A DNA stretch of 64,000 bases, taken from Raillietiella orientalis (taxonomy: Eukaryota). Positions within the stretch are counted from its first letter, which is position 1; every line of letters begins with the position of its first letter. Shown here piece by piece: positions 48,121 to 61,899 of the stretch. The notes under the pieces were generated by a model. It saw only the letters and a program-made list of their open reading frames with translations, had not been told where the DNA came from and ran no database searches. Made by a program: the position numbers and the translations under genes. The stretch lies in assembly GCA_036172245.1 (NCBI GenBank), contig JAYWIR010000008.1, forward strand, positions 496,001 through 560,000, given 5' to 3'.

Positions 48121-49079
48121 CTCCGTTTCTCGCTTTTTTCTTTTTCCGGTACGGCTGCGGCACGCAGCGGTGAAGGAGAACGTCACAGATGTCCATGCTG
48201 CCCGGGGTCGATCCCGACTTTCGTTTTCCCCCACTCTCTCTGTTTTCTCCTTTTCATGGACCCAAGGACGCAACACTTTCCTTCTCGATCAACGGTGTTT
48301 GCTGCTGGTGTTGTTCGGTCTGCTGAGATGCTTGGAGGAGAATTGCGCCGTGCTCTGCATCTCCTCCGTTCCCGTTCTTGTTTTTATCGTTCCATCGATC
48401 CCTTCTTTTGGCACATCCGTACCCATCCGTACCAGCCTCAGAAGGCTGCAGCCAACTCCTCTGACGTCGCGTCCCTCGCGGCGGCGGTCACTTCAAAGTT
48501 GCGCTCCAGGGCACGTTTGGTCTCGTGGGGTCGAGTGGCGGCAGCCGTCGGTTTTTCTTTTAGCTGTTGCATCGGTTCGCTTCCTTATGAAATGAAAGAA
48601 AACTCTCTGGCTGCATTCTTCAACCCACACTTCCGGGTTTACAGAAATGACAGCAGCATGCTCCCGTTCCCACGAAATAAGAGCACCACATAATTTTGGA
48701 AGTTGCAAGGGCGAAGCCCTGACGAACAAAGTTGCCGATCTTGGATTTCGTCCGCGCCAGGAGTAAAGGACCGCCCCCCCCCTTCCCCCCCGTTGCAGCT
48801 ACGTGTTCCTGATGCCGTCACCTTTCGGTGCAGGGATTCCTCGAAAGCATTTCGAACCCGCTCGTGTCTGCGCCCGGGGATGAGGGCACCTCTCGCGACC
48901 AAACCCGGTTCCCGAAGAAACGAAGTAATTCGATAGCTGTTGCTTGCATCCATCCCGACGCGCAGGAAAGGACACACCTTGGCGAGGGATGGCGAGCCGT
49001 CTGGAGAGAGGGAGGGGGGTACCCGTGCAACGGCACCCCGCAGGCGGAAGAAGTTTCCCGTGACCATCATTGCTCATCA

Positions 49080-49246
49080 CGACGGCAGCGATGGCGCCGC
49101 CGCACCCGTACGGCCGCCCCCCCCCCCCCACCGTCCCTCGAACCCGCGGGGGCCGCGTACGAACCCCTATTGTTCCCCGGTTAAAAATACTCAAGGTTGT
49201 AGCGAGCGTGCGCGCTGAGCGCTAGGGTTTCCGTCTGATCGTGAGT
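49080..49246 (+). promoter_or_regulatory. Candidate REEP5 CpG-island promoter / non-coding first exon ending at donor 49241
   Basis: The CpG-rich block ends at C|GTGAGT (49241), exactly where the DNA becomes AT-rich. A matching acceptor TTTTATAG| lies at 50970, 19 nt before the REEP5 ATG. Confidence 0.5.
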
Positions 49247-50989
49247 TCTGCGTGTGTATCAGTCGAAGGTTTTCTTAATGATTTTGTGGGAGGCCCTGGA
49301 TGCATGGTTGTGAAGGGATGTTTTAAGTGATGATTTGATGTAATGCTGTTTTTTTTTCCTTTCCTTTTCTTTGCTTTGCTTCCGTTGTCACATTGATCCC
49401 CCCTTTTGTGTTTTACGTGTACGATGGGGTGAACTTGCTCCCCCCCCCAACACACACACACACCGAACGCGGCTGTAATTATGTTGTTCCCCCCCCCCCT
49501 TTTTTTTTTTCAATCGCAGTGCAAAGTAAGGTGAATTATCAACATTTGGTTGTTTTCGTCCAGAAATGCTCTTTATGGATAATAGTGTTTTATCTCATGT
49601 CATCAATTTTTTGTATGCTTGCACTTCCACAAATCCAGCAATTTCACCTTCAGTGTTGCAATACCCCAAAATGTAGTCTCATAAAGTTTGTTGCAACATG
49701 CAACAGTTTATTCGGAATTCCAAACAGTACGTAAGCCCGCATTAAAAGAAGACCAGCCAGTGTTTCATAGATTCAAATAGAGTTGTGGTAATCTCAGGTT
49801 ATGCAACTTTCTCCAGAACTTTTATAAAGTTCGATTGCCCACTAGCTGTATTTTCTTCTTCATCGGTAAATTGCCCCAGATCGTAAGGGATTGCAGCTGA
49901 CAGTTTACAAGATTGTTAAGAAAATTTTGTTGTTTCATTTTTTAGAAGTGGGCATGTTTCTGAGAAACTGTATTGAAACCCATTTCAGACTGCTATCGTA
50001 TTGTTCATATTACAGTTCATCATAGTCATGGCGAAGGTATATTTTCCATTTTTTCAGTATATTTCCCATCAAGCGTTGCATTTTTATGTAGCAGTTGTTG
50101 TCCATATCAGTTGGCAGAAAATAGTGAAAGTGATTTGAATTAAGGTTCTTTTGTAGAAATCGGTAAGCATATGGGAGGTGGAAACTGTCCATATGCATTT
50201 TGTATTTCATGTCTGAGTAATGCACTTTTTGAATTGTAAGTGAAGCAATAAAAACAAGTCAGGTATTGTGCATCAACCATATCTTCAGAAATCTTATATC
50301 AGGTGCTTTACTTAACCAAGACATTAAGTGCCTGGACAAGTACAAGTTCAAAGCACTGGCTCATGTTGCATTTTGCTAAGAAAAACAGTAGTAGACAGGA
50401 TCATGTTTCGTTTGGTTTCATATTCAGATGTGATAGTAGATACTCAGTGATGTATAGGATTGCATTTAGAGTTTTACCAGAACATACCATGAAAGATATT
50501 CAAAAGAAATTTGTCAGTTATGATTATTTCTTTATAGAAAATGTGGCGTAAAAACTAAAAAGTATCACAGCAAAGAATTCAGGATAGATGCACATGGTAA
50601 ATGGCATTTAATTCATGGATGATGCCTGTGCAGTTTTTTGAATGAAATTGTGGATTGAAATTGTGGGGAGCATTTTCGTATAAGTTACAGACTTTTGAAT
50701 GAAGAGATGCAGACAGGTGTCAATTTTTCAAAATCCATGAAGCTAAAGTTCGTGTATTAGTAATTTTACAAGAAAAAAGGGTTTGTTTTGTTCGTACAGG
50801 AACATTAAATATCCATTAAATTTAACAAACATTGATGGTGATGAAATTGATTATCCATAGAAAATCAAACAAAGTATGAATGAGTCCTTTTTGTGCTAAG
50901 GAGACCAGTTATATTGGTTCCTGGGTTGTGTGGGCTGCATTTTATTATTTAATATATAATAATTTTATAGGTATGCTAAAGTGGGTGCC

Positions 50990-51687
<698 letters not shown>

Positions 51688-52839
51688 AGCAGTATTCTGA
51701 TAGAACCATCTGAGTGCCAATCATGTGTGCTGCTTGTTACTGTGTGCGATTGCTAATTTGTCCAAATAGTGTACTGAGTATATTAAATCATAGAATCAAA
51801 TTGGGAATTGTAATACAAATGCTTAGGACTGATGTGATTTTTATTGCCTTCTATCACCTACTCATTTGATTTTTGTGCATCAGTTTTTTGATGTGATGTG
51901 AATTTTTATATTTCACAGCTGCTTCAGTGCATTTCTGCATTTTGCATTATATTATTTTATATTTTATATAATGCATACCGTAATTTTCTGTGTCCAGATG
52001 TTATTTATTGGAACTGTATTGGGTTATTAATCATTCAAGCCCCTCATTAAGAAGTTCTGCTTTATCCAAAACAGCTGGTGCTTTCCGAGATTCTGTCCAT
52101 TGTATTCTGAAACTTTTTGCTTAATTTGGTTGATATGTAATCATTAATTTTTAAAATTAATTTGTATTAGGGATCATATGTGTTAACTGACCCACAGTGA
52201 TGTGTTGTATATTATTAGTGGTCGACATACTTACTTGTTTCTGTAAGTGCTTTGTTTTTGTTATTCAAAGTTCTTCATAGCCCGAGGATATTTTGGTTTC
52301 GTGATGAGTGAGTGTGTCGCATACAATTTTGTATTTAACAAAAAACATTCGAGAAGAAAACTAATGGTTATTCTACCTTTTGAGCAAGCAGTATGAGTTT
52401 TTTTATTTTTCCTATGTATTTAATCATGTGGATGCTCATGATTGGAATGAATGAATGAATGTTGTATTGAATAATTCACGCTAGCTGTCTGATTGGAAAA
52501 AAAAAAAGAAAAAATAAAAAACTGTTAGTATTAAAAGCATTGAATGATTTCTTTGAAAGCATCAGAACAAAAAAAAAACATGTAGGATGGAAACGTAAAG
52601 GTGTAGTTCAGCAAGGGGTGTGTGTGTGTTTTTTTATTCAAACTTTGCCGTAACACCGCTTCGGTGGTGTGAATTTGGGGAGCGTGTTGCGACACTGTGA
52701 AATCGAAGGTGTTCCCAATTCGTGTTGTTATTATGACCATAGCTATGGCAGGTCATTCCCTGAGACGCAGACTTGATTGCCAAAGGGAAGTGAGTAATCA
52801 TTAGCAGGTTTGATTGAGAACGAATTTGGGAGACGTTGG

Positions 52840-55100
52840 TGATCCTCGTCAGACACTTTGCCATTTTCAAATCAGTAGCATTCAAACACGTGAAACATTA
52901 TGGATTTTTATTGTGGCACATCGCGCATTTTTGCCCAGAAAGAGTTTGGACTCCAACATGGGTTATGCATTGTGGTGGAGTTTGTGAAAGCTCAAGCCCT
53001 GAAGGAAGAAAACGTGGAAGACTTTTCGGGAATGCCCTTCCTTTGGTAGTTCTACTGGATAGTAGAAAAAAGGAAACTTGACTGGGCAATCGCTAATTTT
53101 TCGATTTCCACTCACCGCATTGAAATAACTCGAGAGCAAAGAGAGGTAGTAGAGAGTTTGCTGCGTCGACCGCCCATTTTGCTTCAAAGTTTGAATGTTG
53201 AAGTACCTGTCAAAGGAACGATCAGATGGAAATCCGCGCCCAGTTTTCTTACCTAAATGCTGTCAGTGGGAAACCTATCTTGATTGACCTTACACGAATC
53301 AAGCACTTAATTACTTTACCGATTCATTGCTCGTAATCTCTTTGCATTGCAACCACTTCAGAAGTGACTCGTCTTTAGCTAAAGGATGAGAATTCTTGCT
53401 TTACAGCAATGCTGGATTTTCGTAATGAAATCCTTTTAATTCCTTTTAATTCTTTCTAGTCAACTGTTCCACATACTAAATACATGTATTCAAGCAAAGG
53501 AGAAAGAGTGGTAATCCCGATTTCAAATTTTTTTTTTTTTTTAAAAAAAATCTGGTTTGTATTCGGTAGACTGTTGCGACATTTGGTTTCGACGCCTTCA
53601 TGGAGTGCTCAAAAACACAGCCATTATTATGAACACTCTGATTGCCAGACGAAACACATTTCGACGATCTGAGACTCGAAATGCTGCCATGAGCATTTTG
53701 GTAGTCACGGCAACGCCGGGCAGGGATGCACATTTCCGTTCTGCTGCAAGTAGGAATCTGGGTTCGCACCCGTGTGCGTGAACCAAGGCTGCAGACGTAA
53801 CCGTACTGTGATCTAATGAATTGCATGTGTATTGCGGCAATGTATGGAACAGCCAGTGTTGTAAATTGGGTCAAATGTAATGTCGGATCAAATGTGACAT
53901 TTGATTTCACAAGCCATCAGTACTCGGGGCAGGATTTACGGAATGGATCCACGAGAGAAAACAAAGAGCACTTGGCACTCCAGCAGAATGCGGAACGAAG
54001 GATCGTAAAGACACACGCAGTGTTTTTGTGTTGAATCCCGCGGAGGAAACCGCAGGAGACTATTTGTGAATCTTGGAAAGGCACACTTCAGATATGTGGA
54101 CACCCTTCTTTTTGTGGTGTACTCTGCGCCCACGTGCATAGGAACGCAGAAATCCGCATCCTAACTGAAAGTACTTTCCCGTGTTTGAGTGTTTGGGCCA
54201 TGTCTTCCCTAACGTTTCAAATATCTTAAAATCGAAATCATCACGGAATCGTAGATCACGAGTGGGGTTCATAGCTCGTTGTCGGATAGGTTGCACACAA
54301 TTATTGCAATGGTGCCATGGGTAGTTTTACACGGATTGTGCAAGTGTTCAATCTTTGATTCGAAAATTTACTGATCAAAGCAACAGGTTTGGAAAACAAA
54401 AACAAAAAGAGTGACTATCATCAGTGCTTTAGAGATGCAAAATCTGCCTCTCAATCGTTAGAAATGCTCTTTTTAGGATTTAGACCTCAAGTCCCTTCTA
54501 ATAGGTTACCAGTCAGCATTTTGTAGTGCTTGCTTGCAAACTATAACTGTTTTCGGTTCCATGTGCCCCGCAAGTGTTCCCTCCTGTTGCCTAGTAATAA
54601 TCACTGAGTGTGAGGAACACCGAAGCGAATCAATCACCAGAGTCAGTCACACCATCTCGTGAGACGAACTTACCAAGATCCTGTAACCGTTGAGGCTGCT
54701 GCACAACGGGTGCACATGTAGTTCTTTTGAAGCCACCTATGGCAACATCTGAGGTCGTTCACTTCGTTTCCTGGGAATCACGTTTGTGTTCCCTCCTCCC
54801 TCCTTCCTCCTCCCTCTCTAGAAACCAAGAGGGCATCATCTACACGTCTTGACTGGCAAGACGCTCTCGTCGGAACTGCCTAAAGAAGACACGGATTGGG
54901 GTCTTGCATGGAACTGCTTGAAATTGTGCAGAGCCGAGGTGTCTGCGCATGAAATCGCAGGCTGCAAGATCAGAGTTCTTGGGCACTGCGTGCCGGCGCT
55001 GAAACCAAACAGTTTCCTTTTTTTCCGAACTTGCTGAATGGTTTCTATGGGAAAGCGCTGGTGATCCATATTCAGAAGTGAAGTTTCGTTTAAAAGCATG
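52840..55100 (-). mobile_element. Cluster of decayed Tc1/mariner (maT-like) transposase fragments
   Basis: VFFLQGLSFHKLH (mariner N-terminus), HNNGCVFEH (~NGGHFEH C-terminus), KYFQLGCG (~WFQQDGA) and PIETIQQVRKK (HTH). Confidence 0.3.
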
Positions 55101-57349
55101 GCGTTAAAAGTTTCATTTTTGTCAGGGTCAGTCACAGAAAATCCTGATCTGTTTTCGCGGGGCATCGGATCTCACACACGGGTGTGATCTTCAATCGGAT
55201 CTCCAGTCTTTTGACCTTGATACCACATAATTAGCTTGTATGCAAATGGGAATGATGCTGGCTGAATTTGACCCTTTTGCTGTTTTTGCTGTTCCCCAGA
55301 AACGGGGAATTTGTTCTTGATCTTCTTTCTTTCCTACTCTTCCTGGGGAAGGGTTACAGGAGAGATGGAAATTTCTCTTGCACATGATACAAGATACTTT
55401 GTCTCTCTGAAGTCTGATCTTCTGGTCTGGAAGCCTCTTGATATGCAGCTGAGTCACACAACGAACGCATTCGGAGGTCATCGCGTGTCCGCTTTCCTTG
55501 ACGGGCATTCCGCCCCCCAAGCATTTTCCCTTAGTCTTCGAAGCTTTGGTTTTTTTTTTTCGGAGAGCCCCTTCGCCGAACGGCAGACTTCACACGGCAT
55601 CCTGCGGCCGCGTATCAAAGACGTGCCATCCTTTTCTCCCTCCTCCCTACCTTTATTCTCCATTTGAAACCCAATGCAACCGTAGCCAAGCATCCCTTCG
55701 AGACCACGACTGGATTTCGCACCCTATTAGTGTGAGAGGTATCAACCCGCCCGGATTCCTCTCGTGAACTTCTCTCGATCCCAGACAAACCGAGCAGATT
55801 CCCCACAATTTTCCTTGCTGTTTGAAGCTGATATACCAGAATACCAAGAAAGCGTCCTGAAAGGGTACAGAAAGCCCTTCAAAGATTATTTTCCAGAACA
55901 ATCTGTTGGTGCGACAGTGAGAGTTTGGTGCAGTGGGTTTGGCTCTGAGGTCAGTAACATATTCCGAATTGCCTCCATGCTGCTTTTGACCTCTGGCAAC
56001 CCCTTCTCCCCTTCTCCTTAGCTCGGCATCAGGGCGCACTCACTAAAAAGTCGACGTGCTTCCCGGCAACCCGATTAAGTACTACTTTCGGAGGTCTTCC
56101 GCTCCTGCTGCATCTGGAAGATCGGAGAAATTCCTGTAAATCTGGAGGGACGTTCCCTAGATAATCTCCCAGATCTATGTGCCTTTTCCATGCTTTCATT
56201 TTCTGGTAGAGACTGGATTGTCTGGATTTCGTCATCTGCTGCTGCCTCTGCTAGATGGCATTGGAAACAACTTTCTGCTTCCCTCTCTTCTCTCTTGATT
56301 CCTTTCTTCGTTGGTGTCAGATCCCTAACACGACTCAGTGGGGAATAGAAGGATTGGGAGAGCGAGACCTGATGTGGGAAAAATTTATTGTACAAACGAG
56401 GGAGATCAGGAAACGCTTCAACGTTGCCATAGCAGCAGCAACTAGGGTAGACGATGCCGCTATAGGAACCGAGCACCGGATGGCAACTTTATCTTTTTAG
56501 TTGTTCTCACTAGGATTGCAACACCAAATAGCAAGTATCCTCGCCCATAAATTTGAAGTCGGAGGGACTCGCAATTATTACCCTACAGCCATCAACAAAA
56601 TCCCATCACCCTGAAAACCGAATTGCGCTACCCTAATCGAAAGTCCTATTCTTTTTTGAAGCCTACCGAACCACAGGAAACCATCACTAACCCACTTCAT
56701 CGTGGAGCAGCAGCACTCAACTTGCCGTCTTCTGCTACACCACCACAGCGATATCAAAGGGGAATTACGTATCGTGCGGCCGTCACGAGAGTGCCATGGG
56801 CCGCGCGGGAGGGGGAGGTGCGCGAACGCGATCTGAAGAGAGTCACGTGAAAGCGGTGTGGACGCATCCCTGCACGAGAGCGGCAAGAGTGTAGGGCTGG
56901 GCTGGAGAGCGGGTGCGAAGCTCATTCCGAACGCATCTCGACTCCGTGAGGGCGACTGGGAGCCTCCGAGGGCAGGGGAGTCCAAAGCCATTCAAAGAAG
57001 GAAGGAAGGCAGGAGTTGACCTGCCCTGAAGAGACGCCGAAACTGAGGCCCCGTGTTTTCTCTGATCGATGGGGAATATCGTGGGCCAGGCGGGTGGCCG
57101 GCAGGTAGGGAAGAGTAGAGAAGATGGGGGAGACAACGAGAGATTAGAAAGCAGGAGATGATGCATAGGAACCGCAACCCCAAGAGCCCTCACTGAGAGC
57201 CCCAGTTTCTCTGGGTTCCAGACGGAGAGCTCTTTCTGGGGAAGATTCCCATTGCGGTTCAGGCGAGTCAGGGTGGGCTTCCTCATGGGGAGCGTCCCAC
57301 CTTCCCTCAGGATCATCCGTCCTCCTTCGTGCGCTCCATTTCGTTCACA

Positions 57350-58250
57350 GCGCTCAAGTCGAAGTCCAAGAAGCCTGCCGCGGACGGTCTGGAGGGGTGG
57401 AGCATCTGGACTTCCTAGAAGTCCAGACTTTCACGATGCAAATCTGTCTTCTGGAAACGCATAAGGAGGATACCGGCAGCGAGAGTCTGATCCTGAATGT
57501 AGCCCGGTTCGACCAAAGGCTCCTCTCCTGCTGTCGCACCGCTACCTGAGACTTCCGGTGGGACTTTTTCGGGAACTGCGTGCCTCCACACGTGAGAAAC
57601 TCTTCCGGACTGAATGAAACGGGCGCTGTCGTCCTCTCCGTCGTCAGCATTTTACAGATACTCCCCCACCCCAATCCTCTATGGCATCCTTAGGTGAAAA
57701 CTCGTTTCCCCGTTTCGCTCCTTCCGGGAGACCAGACAATTCAGTTTTTCGTCTTCTCTCTCTCTACCCTCCTAGTCTGCATATTCGTCCCCGTCCATAG
57801 ATCCTCCCTCCCTTGGCATTTCCTAGGAATGCCGATGCCCTTTTTGGGCACCGCCACGAAAGAGTTCCTTACCCTCTTAGCAGCTGAATTTCTTCCTGAA
57901 GACGAGTGAATGGACAGGTTGCTGGGCGGCTCACGGTCTTGTATGACGTTCCCGAGGCTCGAGAGCCCTACCATAAACGTCAGACTCTTGGGAGGAACGG
58001 GATGGGAGAGCGAGCTTTCACCTGCAGAGTGCTGAAGGCGGAGAATGCAACGGAGACGTCCGTTTCGTTCAGCTCTCCACTCCGGGAACAGCTGCTCATC
58101 CGGAAAAAGGGGGACCCCACCATTCGGGTGACTTTCACGCGGGATGATGCTGTCTCCCCACCCCCCTCTTTGCTTTTTTCCAACTCCAGTGACCTCCATC
58201 TTTTCAAGATGATTCGAGACCCCTCGCGTTTCCGGATCCCTGTTCTCCCT
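57350..58250 (-). mobile_element. RTE-clade LINE endonuclease remnant
   Basis: EMEVTGVG (~ETRW.G.G), GGVPLF (~GVGF), NGRLRCILRL (~S.R...LRL) and LTCGGTQFPKKSHRK (~L.I.NT.F.HK..HK.TW). Confidence 0.4.
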
Positions 58251-61200
58251 CCATCGTTTCGTTGCTTCAGAGCTGCTCATCGGGAATTCTCGTGCTCTTG
58301 AAACTCCGAACACCCTCGTCTGTCTGGACTGAATGATGCCCATGACGTGCCTCCCTTCCTTGCTTCCTTATACTCGGGTTCCCTCAGGGAAGGCGAGGAG
58401 TCTCGAAGGAACTCAGGACTCTCCTTTGTGCGACTCCTTCCTCCTCCAGGCCTGCGATGCAGCAGCGGATTGTGCGGAGGTGGGAGAAGATGGCTGCGGG
58501 CGCCCTCTGGTGGAGAGAGACGGAGGGGGGAGCGCACTTTGAGACCCAAGAGAACGCCCCTCCTAGCACGTCGGGTCCTCCTTCAACCTCGTTCCTTGCG
58601 CACCGCCCAGTTCAGGGAGCAGCAGCGCTCTTCTCTGACCGAAAGCCCTCGCCGAGGATGCTGCTTTACGTGAAGTGAGGATCGCCTCCGGAGCAGGTGC
58701 CGTCATCGTAGCAGTAGAGGCTTCCTCATCTTCGTCCGCGGAGAACCTCCAACGTGCTCCTCTGGAAAGAGGGACGGTTCGGGAGAGACGTGGGTTTGAG
58801 AGAGGGGAAAGTGGGTCCGTGTCAGCGACCCGCTTCAGAGACAGGGAACGCTCGCAGTTCCGAAAGTCACGTTCCCGAGTTTCCAAGAGAACCATTCGGG
58901 CCTGCGTCGGAGACCACGTGGTTACAGTCCCCGCAAAAAGTGGCAGCAGGCGCCGCGTGTTCGAGTGCACGGAAAGGACGCCGGGAGATGAGGATGCGTC
59001 GAGTTCCTCCTGCAAGATGACGCCAAAGCACTTTTGGGCTAATTCTCACGTTCAGGTAAGGAACCCTTAGTGGTTCAAATCGGATGCCCCCAATGAGTGA
59101 CCGAGATTGGGAGTCGGTTTCCTGGTCCTTTCAGGAATCCAGGAGTGGGAGCTCCCCTCCGGTTGTACAAAGGAGCCGTCCCTCCCCCTTCAGGGAGGAG
59201 GGATCCTCCGTGTCGTACCATGGAGTAGGTGTGTTATCACCTCTCCAGAGAGTGCAGAGAAGAGTGCCTCTCCCTTCGGGGAGCATTCTTCTGAGAAATT
59301 TCGGGCGCGTCTCTTCGGGGTTCTCTTCGGAGGAGTAAACAGGAGCGATTCCCTTGCGGGTTCCCTCCGGAGAAGAAAAAATGAAGCAGACCCCTTCAGG
59401 GTTCCCTTTGGAGACAACCAGGGTAGAAGTTTGCTTCGGGAATTCCTTTCCAGGAGTGATAGAAACGGACTCCCTTCTCCGGAACTCCTTCTGGATTCAT
59501 AGGGTGATTTCCTTCCGGGTACCCCCTATCTTGAAGAATGACACGCGCCCTCAGGTCGCGTGGAACAGAGTCGAAGAGGCTGCGTGAGCCACCAGGCGCG
59601 CGATGGCTCTTGAGGTACTCAATGAAACCAAAAATGAAGCTGAAAGGGAAACAGCAATCACAAAGAACCCCAAAAGGATTTCCATCGTCCAAGCCTCGGT
59701 CCGCCTTCCGATCATTAGAATGGATTCCAGAGGAGCTGCAGCGAGTGACGACTGCCCCTTTGTAACCGCGAAAAGCCAGAGCCACGAGCCTCTCTACAGG
59801 CTTTTCCGGGCGCACGCCGGTCGGTCTCTGTTCCCATGTTTCGGTTCCCGATAAAATCTCTCTTCCAGCTATGGGAACACCTCGACTCTCTCGCATTTTC
59901 TTTCTTTCTGGACCAACCATTGGGACAACAAACAAACCGCATGTAGTTGTGGGCACCCGAGAGGTGGCACCTGGTAGCTGAGTGTTAAAACAACTCGGGT
60001 GAGTCACATGACCCGACCGCGTTTAGAAGGTTCTCCAGCTGGTGAAGTGTGCGAGGGAACCTCCCTCTCCCCTCCTTCCGCCCCTGGAGTTGAACTCTCC
60101 TCAAGTCCCAGATGAGCCTTCTGGAAAGTCACCAGTGCACGGTTTGAATTTCTTTTTCATCCTTTCTCGGGAGCTCGCAAGAGCCCGCCGGAGAATTTTT
60201 CCCGGGAAAAACAAAAAAAATGGAGCTCTGTTTCTCGGAAACTTTCGATTTCGAGAGCTTTTACTAATTAGAAAGCTGCAGATTCTTTGCTTCTTACCAG
60301 TGATGAGACCTCGTGAAAGCTATGGCTTTAGTTTAGGCTTCGAAGTGTCAGCCTGAGGGCATGGGAGCACCGAACCACGGAAAACACAGGGATGATGCAC
60401 GAAGAGATTTCAACAGCAGGGAGTGATTCAAACCCAATTCTGGACTCCTAGAAGGGGTCTAGAACTGTCTCTAGGACCAGGGACCTTAGCGTTGCGTAGA
60501 CAAACGGAGTCCAAGGAGAAACAATTGCAGGTCGCCTCAAGTTCTCTCGTCCAGAGGAAGATTCCCAGCTTGTGAAGTGTGAGAAATACTCGACGCGAGT
60601 CTGATCCTTGAATGTAGCCCGGTTCGACCAAAGGCTCCAGGTTGAAGGGAAGAAGAAGGCATATCGGGATTTGCATCAGATCCAAGTAAAGGGATTCTGC
60701 CTCAGATATCTTGCGGATGATCCAAGAAGAATTCGAAGACCCAAAGGAGAATCAAAGAACCCTTAGGACGGAGCGGTGCTTTGGGATGGCATCACTCCTG
60801 GATGACTCTGGCGTCACAGAGATGCTGTTGTCATCTGCTTCATCCTTTGTTCAGCTCTATCCAAAGCAGGATTCATGATGGCTGCGAAGAGATGCTCGTG
60901 ATGAGTATCAAAGATGGCGGATGAACCACTCCTGGTCAGGACGAAGGAGCTAAGGGAAGCTTTGGCGGAGAGACCAGCAGCAGCTACGACGCGCAAATTG
61001 ACTTCAAGAGCTGGGTATGGAGGCAAAGGGCAGATCACGCTTCCTGGATGCTTTTGGTTTCCTCCTAAATGCCCTTCGGCACATCTGGAGCTCGCGGAAG
61101 CTGGATGAGAGCGGAGTCCTATCCGGGAAAGTGAGTGATTGGAGGTCCTGGGTCTGGAATGACCTCGACCTATCCTGGAACTTTTAAATGCGTGAGAAGC

Positions 61201-61899
61201 CCAGCGTCCCTGAACGCCAGAGCTTGAGCTGTTGACTCTATGAGAGCCATCAGGGGGTTCATTTTGGTAAGCAGAACTAAAACCGATGCGGCGCTCATTG
61301 GCCTTTATGAAGACGTGCTGGTTGCCAAGGGACAGTGGCAATCATGGAATCCTATAAAGAGTGAGCAGCGACTCACCTGCAAAGTAGCTGTCCCTGAGAT
61401 CAAAAACAGATGGCTCTCCAGCGTTCAGTCTGCCTCCCACCTCGGGGCAACTAGGCTGTTCCCGCCCTATAGCGTTCCGTTGTCAGAGCACGGCAGGGTC
61501 CAGCGAGAAGGAAGGTGGAAGCGGTGTGCAAACAGAGGGCTTCGGGCGAGAGCTTGACTGAAGCTGCCTGCGTAGATCTGCTCCTGTGGAGGTCCAATGG
61601 TGGAGGAGTACTCCTTGGGAACAGATTCCGCGAGTAGCCCAGTCGACCTTGAGTCCCCGGAGAAATCCGTCATGCAATGTGGACTAGAAAAGAAAAAAAA
61701 AACAAAAACGGATCGATATCAAAGACTCAATGCAGGATGCAGGACGTTCGTTTTCCGGATTTTGCGCGCCTGACAGATGCTTTTCTGATCACTGTGGATA
61801 CACAGATGCCAAGGCGTCACAGCAGGTGGACTGTCTTGTTGGAAGGGAGCACAACTGATTGGAATTCAATCTGTGATCCATTTTTCAGATCTCTGACCA

